This document shows, piece by piece, positions 19,132-27,801 of a DNA stretch of 32,000 nucleotides. Both the position numbers and the translations under genes were made by a program. Origin of the DNA: Opitutales bacterium (GTDB taxonomy: Bacteria; Verrucomicrobiota; Verrucomicrobiia; Opitutales; PNEW01); contig CBDCNV010000002.1 of assembly GCA_965219535.1 (NCBI GenBank), positions 1,740,001 through 1,772,000 on the forward strand, written 5' to 3'. The notes beneath the pieces were generated by a model that was not told the origin of the DNA, did not search any database, and saw nothing but the letters and a program-made list of their open reading frames with translations. The number at the start of each line of letters is the position of its first letter. The stretch's first letter is position 1.

Positions 19132-19896
19132 TTATCTCTCTACAGATCTGAGATGGTGTGAAACATCGGCTACAGCCTGTTGGTATTCTAAGGATTCTCT
19201 CAGTTCCGGTTTGCGTGGATAAGGAAAATCGATCGCGATTGTTTTATAAAGACGACCCGGGTTAGCAGAAAGTATGATGATGCGGGAGGAGAGAAAAACT
19301 GCTTCGGGGACAGAGTGAGTTACGAAAAGAGCCGTCCAATCTTCCTGCGCACGAATCGCCAATAATTCTTCATTAAGATGGTCTCGAGCCATTTCATCGA
19401 GAGCACCAAAGGGCTCATCGAGAAGTAAAATTTTCGGTGAAAGGGTGAGCGCACGCGCAATGGAAACACGCATTTGCATCCCCCCCGATAATTGTCTCGG
19501 ATAGTAATCTTTAACTGATGACAAACCGACCAATTCGATCAACCGATTTGCGATTTCATCTCGTTTACTTTTTCTCCAATGAAGCAATCGAAGCGGAACC
19601 TGTATATTATTTGTAACCGTCAACCAGGGTAGCAAGGTTGCTTCTTGAAAAATATAGGCCATATCCTCTCTCGCATTTTCCGGACTCTTGCTGTCAACTT
19701 TGAGTTCGCCTTCGGTGATAGGCGTCAACCCCGCGACCAACTTGAGGATCGTTGATTTACCACAACCACTGGGCCCGATCAGACTGACAAATTCGCTTTG
19801 AAAAATATTGAGATCGAAAGCTTCAATTACGGCTTTTCCTCGGCCATAGCTTTTCCCTACATTTTCAAATGATAGTTGGGTTGATTCTTTAATCAT
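19132..19896 (-). CDS. ABC transporter ATP-binding protein, NitT/TauT (SsuB/TauB-like) family
   Basis: It has Walker A GPSGCGKST, the signature LSGGMQMRVSIARAL, Walker B LLLDEPFGALD and the H-loop FVTHS. Confidence 0.92.
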   Translation of the reverse strand: MIKESTQLSFENVGKSYGRGKAVIEAFDLNIFQSEFVSLIGPSGCGKSTILKLVAGLTPITEGELKVDSKSPENAREDMAYIFQEATLLPWLTVTNNIQVPLRLLHWRKSKRDEIANRLIELVGLSSVKDYYPRQLSGGMQMRVSIARALTLSPKILLLDEPFGALDEMARDHLNEELLAIRAQEDWTALFVTHSVPEAVFLSSRIIILSANPGRLYKTIAIDFPYPRKPELRESLEYQQAVADVSHHLRSVER

Positions 19897-19987
19897 GATA
19901 AATTTCTGCCGCTAATGTTTGAAGGTGATCATAGTGAGGACAAGAAATAACTTGTCATCAAATGGATAATATTTAGAACCGGAAGCC

Positions 19988-20944
19988 ATGAATATTGTTG
20001 TATTAGATGGTTTTACAATGCACTTGGGTACTGAACTCTGGGATCAATTTAAAGACTTTGGAGAGTTAACCCTATACGATCGAACTGAAGATAAAGACAT
20101 CATCGATCGGGCTAAAGATGCTGAAGTAGTCCTTACAAATAAAGTTCCATTGAGCGCTGAAATCTTAGCTCAATTACCTAAGCTGCGTTTTATTGCTGTC
20201 ACTGCAACGGGTTACAATATGGTTGATATTGAAGCGGCGCGAAGTCGGAATATCCCGGTTTCCAATATTCCTATTTATGGGACCGATTCTGTCTCCCAGC
20301 ATGCGACATCTCTTATTCTTGAATTAAGCAACAACGTCGGGATGCACGACCGGTCAGTTAAAAGCGGGGAATGGAGCAGCAATGAAGATTGGACATATTG
20401 GAATAAAGATGTACTGGCCTTGAGCGGACTTACTTTGGGGATAGTCGGATATGGCCGCATCGGTCGCCTCGTTGGTGAGATTGCACATGCCTTGGGAATG
20501 AAGATTTGGGCTGCTGATGTTATTGAAGCGAATCCCCCCGATTACGAGGGATTTGCCTGGAAAAGCATAGAAGATTTGTTTGCCGGTGCCGATTTCATTA
20601 CCTTGCATTGTAATTTAACTCCGGAAAACACAGAATTTGTAAATGCCGACCTGCTCAAAACGATGAAACGAACCGCATATATCATCAACACTGCGCGCGG
20701 GCCTCTGATCAATGATCAGGATCTGGCTGATGCGCTCAATAATGGCATTATAGCGGGAGCGGGAGTAGATGTTGTCTCTCAAGAACCGATTCTCCCCGAC
20801 AATCCTCTTCTGAAAGCAGAGAATTGTATCCTCACACCGCATATTGCGTGGAGCAGTAATTTAGCCCGTGAACGCTTACTGAATAAAGCGGTGGATAATG
20901 TTCGCGCTTTCCTGGAGGGGAAGCCGGCCAATGTTGTTAATTGA
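19988..20944 (+). CDS. D-isomer-specific 2-hydroxyacid dehydrogenase (glycerate/hydroxypyruvate reductase-like)
   Basis: It has the NAD fold GIVGYGRIGRLVG, the catalytic contexts INTARGPLI, GAGVDVVSQEP and LTPHIAWSS. Confidence 0.9.
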   Translation: MNIVVLDGFTMHLGTELWDQFKDFGELTLYDRTEDKDIIDRAKDAEVVLTNKVPLSAEILAQLPKLRFIAVTATGYNMVDIEAARSRNIPVSNIPIYGTDSVSQHATSLILELSNNVGMHDRSVKSGEWSSNEDWTYWNKDVLALSGLTLGIVGYGRIGRLVGEIAHALGMKIWAADVIEANPPDYEGFAWKSIEDLFAGADFITLHCNLTPENTEFVNADLLKTMKRTAYIINTARGPLINDQDLADALNNGIIAGAGVDVVSQEPILPDNPLLKAENCILTPHIAWSSNLARERLLNKAVDNVRAFLEGKPANVVN

Positions 20945-20989
20945 TTCGCGGAAAATAAGTCTTAATAGTTTCGGGTAAATTTTAATATT

Positions 20990-21012
20990 CACGTAAGACA
21001 CTTTATTACGTG
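20990..21012 (+). other. 7-bp hairpin between the dehydrogenase and the M23 peptidase gene
   Basis: cacgtaa (20990-20996) pairs with ttacgtg (21006-21012) around a 9-nt loop. There is no U-tract, so it could be a weak terminator or an operator. Confidence 0.2.
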
Positions 21013-21034
21013 GATCTACCGCAGACGGGAATAT

Positions 21035-22060
21035 ATGAAGTTTAAGTTATGGGCTCTCATTATTTACCTGGCTGCATTTATGGGCTATGATGAGCCTTTG
21101 GAAGCAAAGCTCACTCTATTTTGGCCAATCCCTGGTTTCAATTTCACCAAGGGAAGCAATCCGGAAGACTTTGTTCAACCGACTGAATCAGGAAAGATTA
21201 ATTCGGCTTTGTTTGGCTGCGTTCGTAATGACGGCGAGCGGTTTCATGAGGGATTAGACCTCGCTCCCATCAGACGCGATCGAAAGGGTGAACCAACGGA
21301 TCCCATTCTTGCCGCAATGAATGGGCGAGTTGTTTATCTCAACCGGACGGAGGCGAATAGCAATTACGGTATATATTTAGTGCTTGAGCATCCCTCTGTT
21401 AAGCCCACGGTTTACACTTTATACGCCCATTTGCGAACCATAAAACCGGGTATAAGACTTGGGGACAAAGTAAATGCGGGCGATAAAATTGGTGTCATGG
21501 GACGTACTGCTGGAGGCTATGCAATTCCGGCTGAGCGCGCGCACCTTCATTTTGAAATTGGTCTGCGACTCAGTGATGCGTTTGATAATTGGTATAAGAG
21601 GAATAAATATTTAGAATCCAATTTCCATGGTAATTATAATGGCATAAATCTATTGGGAATTGATCCGCTCGACTTCTTTGAGAAATATAAACATCGCGAA
21701 ATTGATAGCATCTACACTTATATTAAAGCGCTACCTACAGCCTATATATTAAGAGTTTTCACTCATAAGTTTCCCGCGTTTTTACGCCTCTATCCTGAGC
21801 TTATGCAACGTCAAATACCATCCGACTCTATTGCCGGCTGGGATATTCGTTTTACCTGGTGGGGTTTACCCGTAGGTTGGACAGCCCTCAAGGCTGATAA
21901 CTTTTCTTCAATAAAAACAGGCCAAGTGCGCGTGATAAGCTATGACCGTAAAAGTTTGGAAACAAACAACTGCAGAGAGACAATTTTACTGACAGAAAAT
22001 GGTCCGGAAATAGGGGATCGATCTCGCCAGATATTGGATATTATCTTTGGTCAACCCTAG
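21035..22060 (+). CDS. secreted M23 (LytM-type) metallopeptidase with an uncharacterised C-terminal extension of about 150 aa
   Basis: It has a signal-peptide-like N-terminus MKFKLWALIIYLAAFMG and the M23 motifs HEGLDL (HxxxD) and AHLHFEIG (HxH). Residues from about 190 to 341 match no motif I recognise. Confidence 0.84.
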   Translation: MKFKLWALIIYLAAFMGYDEPLEAKLTLFWPIPGFNFTKGSNPEDFVQPTESGKINSALFGCVRNDGERFHEGLDLAPIRRDRKGEPTDPILAAMNGRVVYLNRTEANSNYGIYLVLEHPSVKPTVYTLYAHLRTIKPGIRLGDKVNAGDKIGVMGRTAGGYAIPAERAHLHFEIGLRLSDAFDNWYKRNKYLESNFHGNYNGINLLGIDPLDFFEKYKHREIDSIYTYIKALPTAYILRVFTHKFPAFLRLYPELMQRQIPSDSIAGWDIRFTWWGLPVGWTALKADNFSSIKTGQVRVISYDRKSLETNNCRETILLTENGPEIGDRSRQILDIIFGQP

Positions 22061-22065
22061 TACGA

Positions 22066-22176
22066 TTTCGGATTGCGGATTTACCTTAACGGTTTTCTCA
22101 AGCACTCTCTTTAATCGTGTGTCCTATGACTGTCTTTCGTTTGTCAATCCGCAATCGAAAATCCGCAATCCGCAAT
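22066..22176. repeat. composite inverted/direct repeat element built on AATCCGCAAT
   Basis: A perfect 14-bp inverted repeat, cggattgcggattt (22069-22082) and aaatccgcaatccg (22159-22172), is separated by 76 nt. The right arm carries three copies of aatccgcaat (22146-22155, 22160-22169, 22167-22176). It fills the convergent gap between the M23 peptidase and nadA. Confidence 0.6.
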
Positions 22177-22180
22177 TGAT

Positions 22181-23167
22181 TCAGCTCCAATCAAGCATTC
22201 GTTTGATTGGCTTATACGCCGCTTTGCGGATCTCCTCATCCAGTTCTATCTGAGGTTCGAGGCTTAAGAGGGAGTCGCGCACTTTTTCGATCGTATTCAT
22301 CTTCATGTAGCGACATTCGTTACAGGCACAACGATCGGTGGGACCGGCAACGAATGTTTTCTCGGGAACTTCTCGCTGGAGTCGATGGAGCATACCCATC
22401 TCCGTGGCCACGATAATGGTTTCCGCTGCTTGCTCCCTGGAAAAGGCAACCATCTTTTCTGTACTGCAAACTTCATCTGCCATATCACGGACCATGGTTG
22501 TGCATTCAGGATGGGCGACAACAGGAGCACCGGGAAATCTCTCTTTGAGACCTTCCAAGGTTCGTACTGTAAATAATACATGGATATAACAACTGCCCGG
22601 CCATAAGCGCATAGGGCGTCCGGTTTTATTTGCCACCCATTGGCCCAGATTCTGATCGGGGACAAAAAGAATTTCACGATCTTCAGGAACTTTATTTACT
22701 ATAGTTACCGCATTTCCGCTCGTGCAAATCACGTCACTCTGGGCCTTCACTTCAGCTGAACAATTTATATAGGCGACTACATAGAGATGAGGATTTTCTT
22801 CTTTATAAGCTCTTAACTTTTCTGCGGAGCAGGAATCAGAGAGTGAACAACCCGCCTCCAGGTCGGGTAGAATAACACGCTTGTCCGGGTTAACTATCTT
22901 AGCTGTTTCCGCCATGAAATGTACGCCACAGAAAAGGATGACATCGGCGTCTGCTTCAGCTGCTTTGTAAGATAATCCTAGAGAATCACCCACGAAATCA
23001 GCAACCTGCTGAATGGGTTCAATCTGATAATTATGGGAGAGGATGATCGCATTGCGGTCTTTTTTTAATTTTAAGATCTCCTCCTCTATTGGGGTAAAGG
23101 AATCCTTATCCCGGCCAGTGTCAGACGGGAAGATCATGGGATCAAAAGTTAACTCGGTTGTGGGCAT
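22181..23167 (-). CDS. nadA: quinolinate synthase
   Basis: It is 328 aa with ILSHNYQ, FCGVHFMAETAKI, conserved Cys contexts (EAGCSLSDSC, YINCSAEVKA, GPTDRCACNECRYMK) and the NadA three-domain layout. Confidence 0.93.
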   Translation of the reverse strand: MPTTELTFDPMIFPSDTGRDKDSFTPIEEEILKLKKDRNAIILSHNYQIEPIQQVADFVGDSLGLSYKAAEADADVILFCGVHFMAETAKIVNPDKRVILPDLEAGCSLSDSCSAEKLRAYKEENPHLYVVAYINCSAEVKAQSDVICTSGNAVTIVNKVPEDREILFVPDQNLGQWVANKTGRPMRLWPGSCYIHVLFTVRTLEGLKERFPGAPVVAHPECTTMVRDMADEVCSTEKMVAFSREQAAETIIVATEMGMLHRLQREVPEKTFVAGPTDRCACNECRYMKMNTIEKVRDSLLSLEPQIELDEEIRKAAYKPIKRMLDWS

Positions 23168-23254
23168 GGCTTATTCCTATTAAACAGGTAACTCATCATC
23201 GAGCATTTTTCAAATGTGATCACCGCTAATTTGCGGACTCGAGGATCTCATTCT

Positions 23255-23617
23255 TCAGGTTTCAATCTTATGCTCTTCGAGGATTTGTTTGAATTTTGTA
23301 TAATTATGAAGCCCCTTAAGATCCTGATCCTGCATCATCCATTTGAAATCATTGTAGCCTTTTTCGATCGCATCTTTTAAACTTCGGACCGCTTCTGTCC
23401 TGCGCTCCAGGAGCGCGTAACTACAGGCAAGATTATAGTGGGCCGTAGGGTTTTCAGGTTTGAGCCGTACCAATTTAAGGTCCAGTTTCAATCCTTTATT
23501 GTAACGTTTGCTGCGGGTATAAAGTTCTCCTAGTATCTCAATGACTTCAATATTATTGGTGTCTTTTCGCAGTATGCTCTCGAAAAATTCAATTTCGAAT
23601 TCAAATTTATCACTCAT
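23255..23617 (-). CDS. small TPR-repeat protein
   Basis: It is 120 aa with TPR-like helices (LGELYTRSKRYNKGLKLDLKLVRLKPENPTAHYNLACSYALLERRTEAV.SLKDAIEKGY). It starts 17 nt downstream of the Fur-like gene stop, on the same strand. Confidence 0.7.
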   Translation of the reverse strand: MSDKFEFEIEFFESILRKDTNNIEVIEILGELYTRSKRYNKGLKLDLKLVRLKPENPTAHYNLACSYALLERRTEAVRSLKDAIEKGYNDFKWMMQDQDLKGLHNYTKFKQILEEHKIET

Positions 23618-23634
23618 AGCGGTATTGATAGGGT

Positions 23635-24126
23635 TTATACCATGCGTTCTTCCTGGTTCTCACAGGTCTGTAGATCCTTCATCTTTAAGCAACGGGCATG
23701 TACCTGTAAGCGTTGTGTTTCCGGCTCGAGCCCTAGCTTTTCTGATACTGTGTTTCCATACCATTCTAAAAAGGGTGCATCTATCTCAAATATCTTTTCG
23801 CAATCGAGACAAACTACCTGTGCCCGTTCAGTTTTTTGACCTTTATTTGCGAGGTAAAACTTGTTGTCACGACCGACGTCGATTTCTTTAACCAGTCCGC
23901 TTTCGGTTAAAATGGGTAAAGTTCGATAAACAGTAGCGCGGGAAACTGATGGATCGATTTTTCGTGAAACATCGAGTAATTCTTCCGCTGTAAAGTGTTC
24001 CGCGTGATTGAAAGCAGCATCGAATATTGCCAGTCGCTGATTGGTGATGCGAAGGCTTCTGGTAGCAAGGAAATCTTTAAAGGTGGTCCTCGACTTATCG
24101 ACGATATCGGATTTTAGTGTATTCAA
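23635..24126 (-). CDS. Fur-family transcriptional regulator (atypical metal-sensing site)
   Basis: The winged-helix region is [37 protein letters not shown], followed by CLDC..FEI. The His-rich block that precedes CxxC in classical Fur is TERAQV here. Confidence 0.82.
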   Translation of the reverse strand: MNTLKSDIVDKSRTTFKDFLATRSLRITNQRLAIFDAAFNHAEHFTAEELLDVSRKIDPSVSRATVYRTLPILTESGLVKEIDVGRDNKFYLANKGQKTERAQVVCLDCEKIFEIDAPFLEWYGNTVSEKLGLEPETQRLQVHARCLKMKDLQTCENQEERMV

Positions 24127-24136
24127 TGTCCAGCTT

Positions 24137-24157
24137 ATTAATAATGAGACTAATTAA
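24137..24157. promoter_or_regulatory. candidate Fur-box-like AT-rich operator in the fur/priA divergent region
   Basis: ataatgagactaatta (24141-24156) matches 13 of 16 positions of the core ATAATGATAATCATTA of the classical Fur box. It lies 11-31 nt upstream of the Fur-like start codon. Confidence 0.3.
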
Positions 24158-24232
24158 ACAATAAGATTCCTTAAATAGAGCGCAAGTCAGAACCTGAAAA
24201 TGCAATAAATATAAGCGTAGAATAATATTATT

Positions 24233-26485
24233 ATGGTAAATATGGAAAGCCGATCGGTAACTGTTGTTCCGATCACAGGGATGGACAAGGTCCTTGGCTA
24301 TAAAGTGCCAGCGGGAATGTTAGACCACGTTCAGATAGGGTCACTGGTAAGTATGCCACTTTTGCGGCGATCAGAACTTGGGATAGTGAAAAAGCTGGAG
24401 GCCCCTGGAGATTATCCTCTGAGCAAGCTCAAATACATTTCCAGCGTCGTCTATCCCAGGCCGGTCTTAACGCCAGATTTACTAAGATTAGCCGATTGGA
24501 TACAGAAATATTATGCGGTGTCTGCAGATTCGATCTTCGAAGCGATGATTCCCTCTTTTGTTAGAAAAGGAAAGGGCAGGAAAAAGCTCAGTTACATCTG
24601 CCTGAACGATGATGTTAGTCAGGAAGATTGGGAATTACTTAAGCATCGTGCTCCCAAGCAGGCAGCGATAGTTGATTTTCTAAGAAAACATCGTGATCCG
24701 CTGCCCAAATTGACCGTGCTCAAAGATTTAAAGATAGCAGTCTCAAGTTGCGCCGCTTTGATAAAAAAAGGAATGATCAAGGAGAGTTGGAAGCAAGTGG
24801 TACGCAGCGCGTACGATGATGAACTTGCATTGGGAGAAGAAGTGGCGGCATTGAATTTCGAACTCAATCCCGAACAAAATAATGCAGTCCAGGATATTAA
24901 TTCCGGAATAGAGAGGAATAAATTTCGTGTAAATTTACTTCATGGTGTAACAGGTTCGGGTAAAACTGAAGTCTATATTCAAGCGATTAAACAAACACTC
25001 AAGCTTGGAGGCGGTGTAATTTTCCTTGTTCCCGAAGTAGCCCTTACTCCGCAAACTGTTGGCCGACTTCGCTCGCGGCTGGAAAAAGAAATCGATGCTA
25101 ATATCGTAGTCTGGCATAGTCACCTCTCCGATGGAGAGAGACTCGACGCCTGGCACGCGCTTGCCAATGGCGAAGCCCGAGTCGTGGTTGGCGCGCGATC
25201 GGCAATTTTTACACCTATTGATAAACTGCGTCTCATCATTGTCGATGAGGAACACGAACCGGCATATAAACAGGAAGAGACACCGCGTTATCACGGGCGA
25301 GACGTTGCCGTGTATCGTGCTAAATTAAACAATGCTACTTGTATTTTAGGTTCTGCCACACCTGCACTAGAGTCTCTCTATAATGTTAAGATGGGGAAAT
25401 ATCATCTTAACCGATTAACAAAGCGCGTTGATGATCAAAAGCTCCCCTTCATACATGTCATCGATATGAAGCGGGAAATCATTAATGGCAAAGGTTCAAT
25501 GACACTGTCCAGACTCCTTGCAGAAAAGATGCGTGAACGCTATGAAAAAGGAGAACAGTCCATTATCTTCATCAATCGCCGCGGCTATTCCCGAAGTATG
25601 TTCTGCCCCGACTGCGGGTACGTCGTGATGTGTGGAAATTGCAGCGTTCCGCTAATTTACCATCGAACGGATAATAGCATACGCTGTCACCTCTGCGGAG
25701 ATACGGCAATTGCACCTCGAGAGTGTCCAGAATGCCATTCATTTAAAATCCGCTGGCGAGGGCAAGGGACACAGAAAGTTGAAGATATCGTGCAGAAATT
25801 ACTTCCTCAGGCACGGATTACACGCATGGATGCAGATACGATGCGAAAAAAAAACCTATTCCGTAAAATATTCACGGATTTTCGTAAGGGGGACATAGAC
25901 GTTCTCGTGGGGACACAGATGATTGCTAAAGGATTAGATTTTCCCAATGTGACCTTAGTTGGATTGATCGATGCCGACTTATCTCTTCACATTCCGGATT
26001 TCCGGGCCAGTGAAAGAACATTTCAACTTTTAGTGCAGGTGGCAGGTCGTTCCGGTCGCGGGGACCGCTCGGGTGAAGTAGTCGTGCAGAGTTATCTTCC
26101 TCATAGTGAGCCAATACAGTTTGCCCGTCAGTCAGACTTTGATGGATTTAATACCGAGGAATTAAATCATCGACGTGAATTTCACTATCCACCATTCCGT
26201 CATCTCATTCATCACCTATTTCGTGGAACAAACCCTGAAAAGGTAGCATTCTATGCTGAACATTGGGTGAGATATGTCGAAGAAAAGATGGAAGGAAAAA
26301 TTGAAATCAGAGGGCCGGCGCCATCACCAATTGAAAAAGTAAAAAACCATTATCGGTTCCAGGTTTGGTACTTCATAACGAATGTTCCTCAAATTGTTCC
26401 ACGACTGCGAGCACTGCGCGATGAATTTAAAATGGACCCCGATGTGATCGATGTTATTGATGTTGATCCCGTTCATTTAATATAG
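24233..26485 (+). CDS. priA: primosomal protein N' (replication restart helicase)
   Basis: It has Walker A GVTGSGKTEVY, DEEH in IIVDEEHE, and the Cys-rich zinc region CPDCGYVVMCGNCSVPLIYH..CHLCG..CPECHS. An alternative ATG lies at 24242. Confidence 0.93.
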   Translation: MVNMESRSVTVVPITGMDKVLGYKVPAGMLDHVQIGSLVSMPLLRRSELGIVKKLEAPGDYPLSKLKYISSVVYPRPVLTPDLLRLADWIQKYYAVSADSIFEAMIPSFVRKGKGRKKLSYICLNDDVSQEDWELLKHRAPKQAAIVDFLRKHRDPLPKLTVLKDLKIAVSSCAALIKKGMIKESWKQVVRSAYDDELALGEEVAALNFELNPEQNNAVQDINSGIERNKFRVNLLHGVTGSGKTEVYIQAIKQTLKLGGGVIFLVPEVALTPQTVGRLRSRLEKEIDANIVVWHSHLSDGERLDAWHALANGEARVVVGARSAIFTPIDKLRLIIVDEEHEPAYKQEETPRYHGRDVAVYRAKLNNATCILGSATPALESLYNVKMGKYHLNRLTKRVDDQKLPFIHVIDMKREIINGKGSMTLSRLLAEKMRERYEKGEQSIIFINRRGYSRSMFCPDCGYVVMCGNCSVPLIYHRTDNSIRCHLCGDTAIAPRECPECHSFKIRWRGQGTQKVEDIVQKLLPQARITRMDADTMRKKNLFRKIFTDFRKGDIDVLVGTQMIAKGLDFPNVTLVGLIDADLSLHIPDFRASERTFQLLVQVAGRSGRGDRSGEVVVQSYLPHSEPIQFARQSDFDGFNTEELNHRREFHYPPFRHLIHHLFRGTNPEKVAFYAEHWVRYVEEKMEGKIEIRGPAPSPIEKVKNHYRFQVWYFITNVPQIVPRLRALRDEFKMDPDVIDVIDVDPVHLI

Positions 26486-26571
26486 ATATAAACCGTATAA
26501 GCCAGTGGTGGAACGGGCGGCCTGGCCGCGGTAACCTTACACGGCACAGTGAGGGCTCGCTTGTTAGGGTA

Positions 26572-26979
26572 ATGAGACATACAATGATAAAAAAAATCGA
26601 TCATCTTCAGCTTGCGATGCCCCCTGGGGCCGAGGTAAAAGCGCGCTTGTTTTATTCCGGTATTTTAGACATGTCAGAAGTTGAAAAACCGAAACCACTG
26701 GCATCTCGAGGCGGTTGTTGGTTTCAAATTAATAATGTCATTCTTCATATGGGTGTGGAAAAAGAATTTACGCCGGCTAAAAAGGCGCACCCTGCATTTT
26801 GTGTTGAGGAGATAGATGAACTGTCAGTAAAACTTCAGGAGAAAGGTTATCCTGTTGAATGGGATAATGCTTTACCTCACATAAAGAGATTTTATACGCA
26901 TGATCCTTTTGGCAATCGGATTGAGTTTATGGCTGATGGTGATGGGTTCAGTCAAAATGATTGGAACGAAAATCCATAA
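26572..26979 (+). CDS. VOC (glyoxalase/bleomycin-resistance/dioxygenase) family protein
   Basis: It is 135 aa with IDHLQLAMP at the N-terminus, HPAFCVE, and the C-terminal DPFGNRIEF typical of the VOC fold. An alternative start lies at 26584. Confidence 0.72.
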   Translation: MRHTMIKKIDHLQLAMPPGAEVKARLFYSGILDMSEVEKPKPLASRGGCWFQINNVILHMGVEKEFTPAKKAHPAFCVEEIDELSVKLQEKGYPVEWDNALPHIKRFYTHDPFGNRIEFMADGDGFSQNDWNENP

Positions 26980-27133
26980 ATTAAATTATAAACGACCAGC
27001 AGGTGTCGTCTCTTTATCGAAGTGATTAGCGGGAGCCCGAGGGAATCACTGGATTTTAAGCTCGAAATTGATCCTTGTGCTGATTTACTAAGAGTTGACG
27101 AAACATAAAGGTTATCTATTTCAGGTCTAGTCA

Positions 27134-27550
27134 GTGAATATCGTTGAATCCATCAAACAGTTTTTCCGACAGCGCGATTTAGGACTTTTCCTTTTACGCG
27201 TAGTAGTGGGTGTCATCATGATCATTCATGGTGTTCCCAAATTTTTAGGCGGGACGGAGACATTGAAAGAAGTCGGTTCCGCAATGGCCAATCTAGGTGT
27301 GACTTATGCCCCTGTATTTTGGGGTTTTATGGCCGCCTTTTCAGAGGTCCTGGGCGGTTTGCTTTTGATTGTGGGTTTTCTCTTTCGGCCAGCTTGTTTT
27401 TTCCTGGGTTTTACAATGGTCATTGCCACTTTATTAAATTATTCAATCGAAAGTAGTTTTGGAAGTGTAGCCCATCCACTCACAATGACCTTCCTCTTTT
27501 TCAGTTTTATGTTTATTGGGCCCGGTCGTTTCAGCGTGCAGAAAGAGTGA
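27134..27550 (+). CDS. DoxX-family integral membrane protein
   Basis: It is 138 aa with four predicted TM helices and LLRVVVGVIMIIHGVPKF near the N-terminus, as in DoxX proteins. It has a GTG start. Confidence 0.78.
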   Translation: MNIVESIKQFFRQRDLGLFLLRVVVGVIMIIHGVPKFLGGTETLKEVGSAMANLGVTYAPVFWGFMAAFSEVLGGLLLIVGFLFRPACFFLGFTMVIATLLNYSIESSFGSVAHPLTMTFLFFSFMFIGPGRFSVQKE

Positions 27551-27620
27551 TAAACGCTCCTTAGCTATTATTGTTAAATATCCGCTAATATTAATGTAAG
27601 GTTGGAGTAGAATTTTATAT

Positions 27621-27746
27621 TCTCTTCGTCTTCGTCTGCCGCCGCGTCTTCGTCCTCTTTTTCTATATAGGTGAATAATTACTGTTTAAATATTTAGAAA
27701 ATATCCACTAGGGACAAAGAGGAAGAGGCTGACGAAGACGAAGAGA
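27621..27746. repeat. long-range inverted duplication (GA/TC-rich arms, AT-rich centre)
   Basis: A perfect 16-bp inverted repeat, tctcttcgtcttcgtc (27621-27636) and gacgaagacgaagaga (27731-27746), is present. The arms extend inward with indels (cctcttt at 27654-27660 pairs with aaagagg at 27717-27723). It lies in the convergent gap between DoxX and the T2SS-F-like gene. Confidence 0.6.
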
Positions 27747-27801
27747 CAGACGATGAGAATGCGCCTCCTCACGTCTCGCAGTGACCCACGCTCCACAGTT
27801 A

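Noticed and set aside
22207-22677. Several 63-124 aa ORFs on both strands (22207..22416, 22303..22677, 22338..22589, 22385..22576)
   Set aside because: All lie inside nadA in alternative frames, and nadA is unambiguous.
26517-26529. GC palindrome gcggcc-t-ggccgc after priA as an intrinsic terminator
   Set aside because: At most a 5-bp stem with a 3-nt loop can form, and no U-tract follows. It cannot be supported as a terminator from sequence alone.
27695-27783. Acidic mini-ORFs reading outward from the inverted duplication
   Set aside because: They have no ATG/GTG/TTG start with a ribosome-binding site, and stops lie immediately upstream in both frames. They are more likely non-coding arms.
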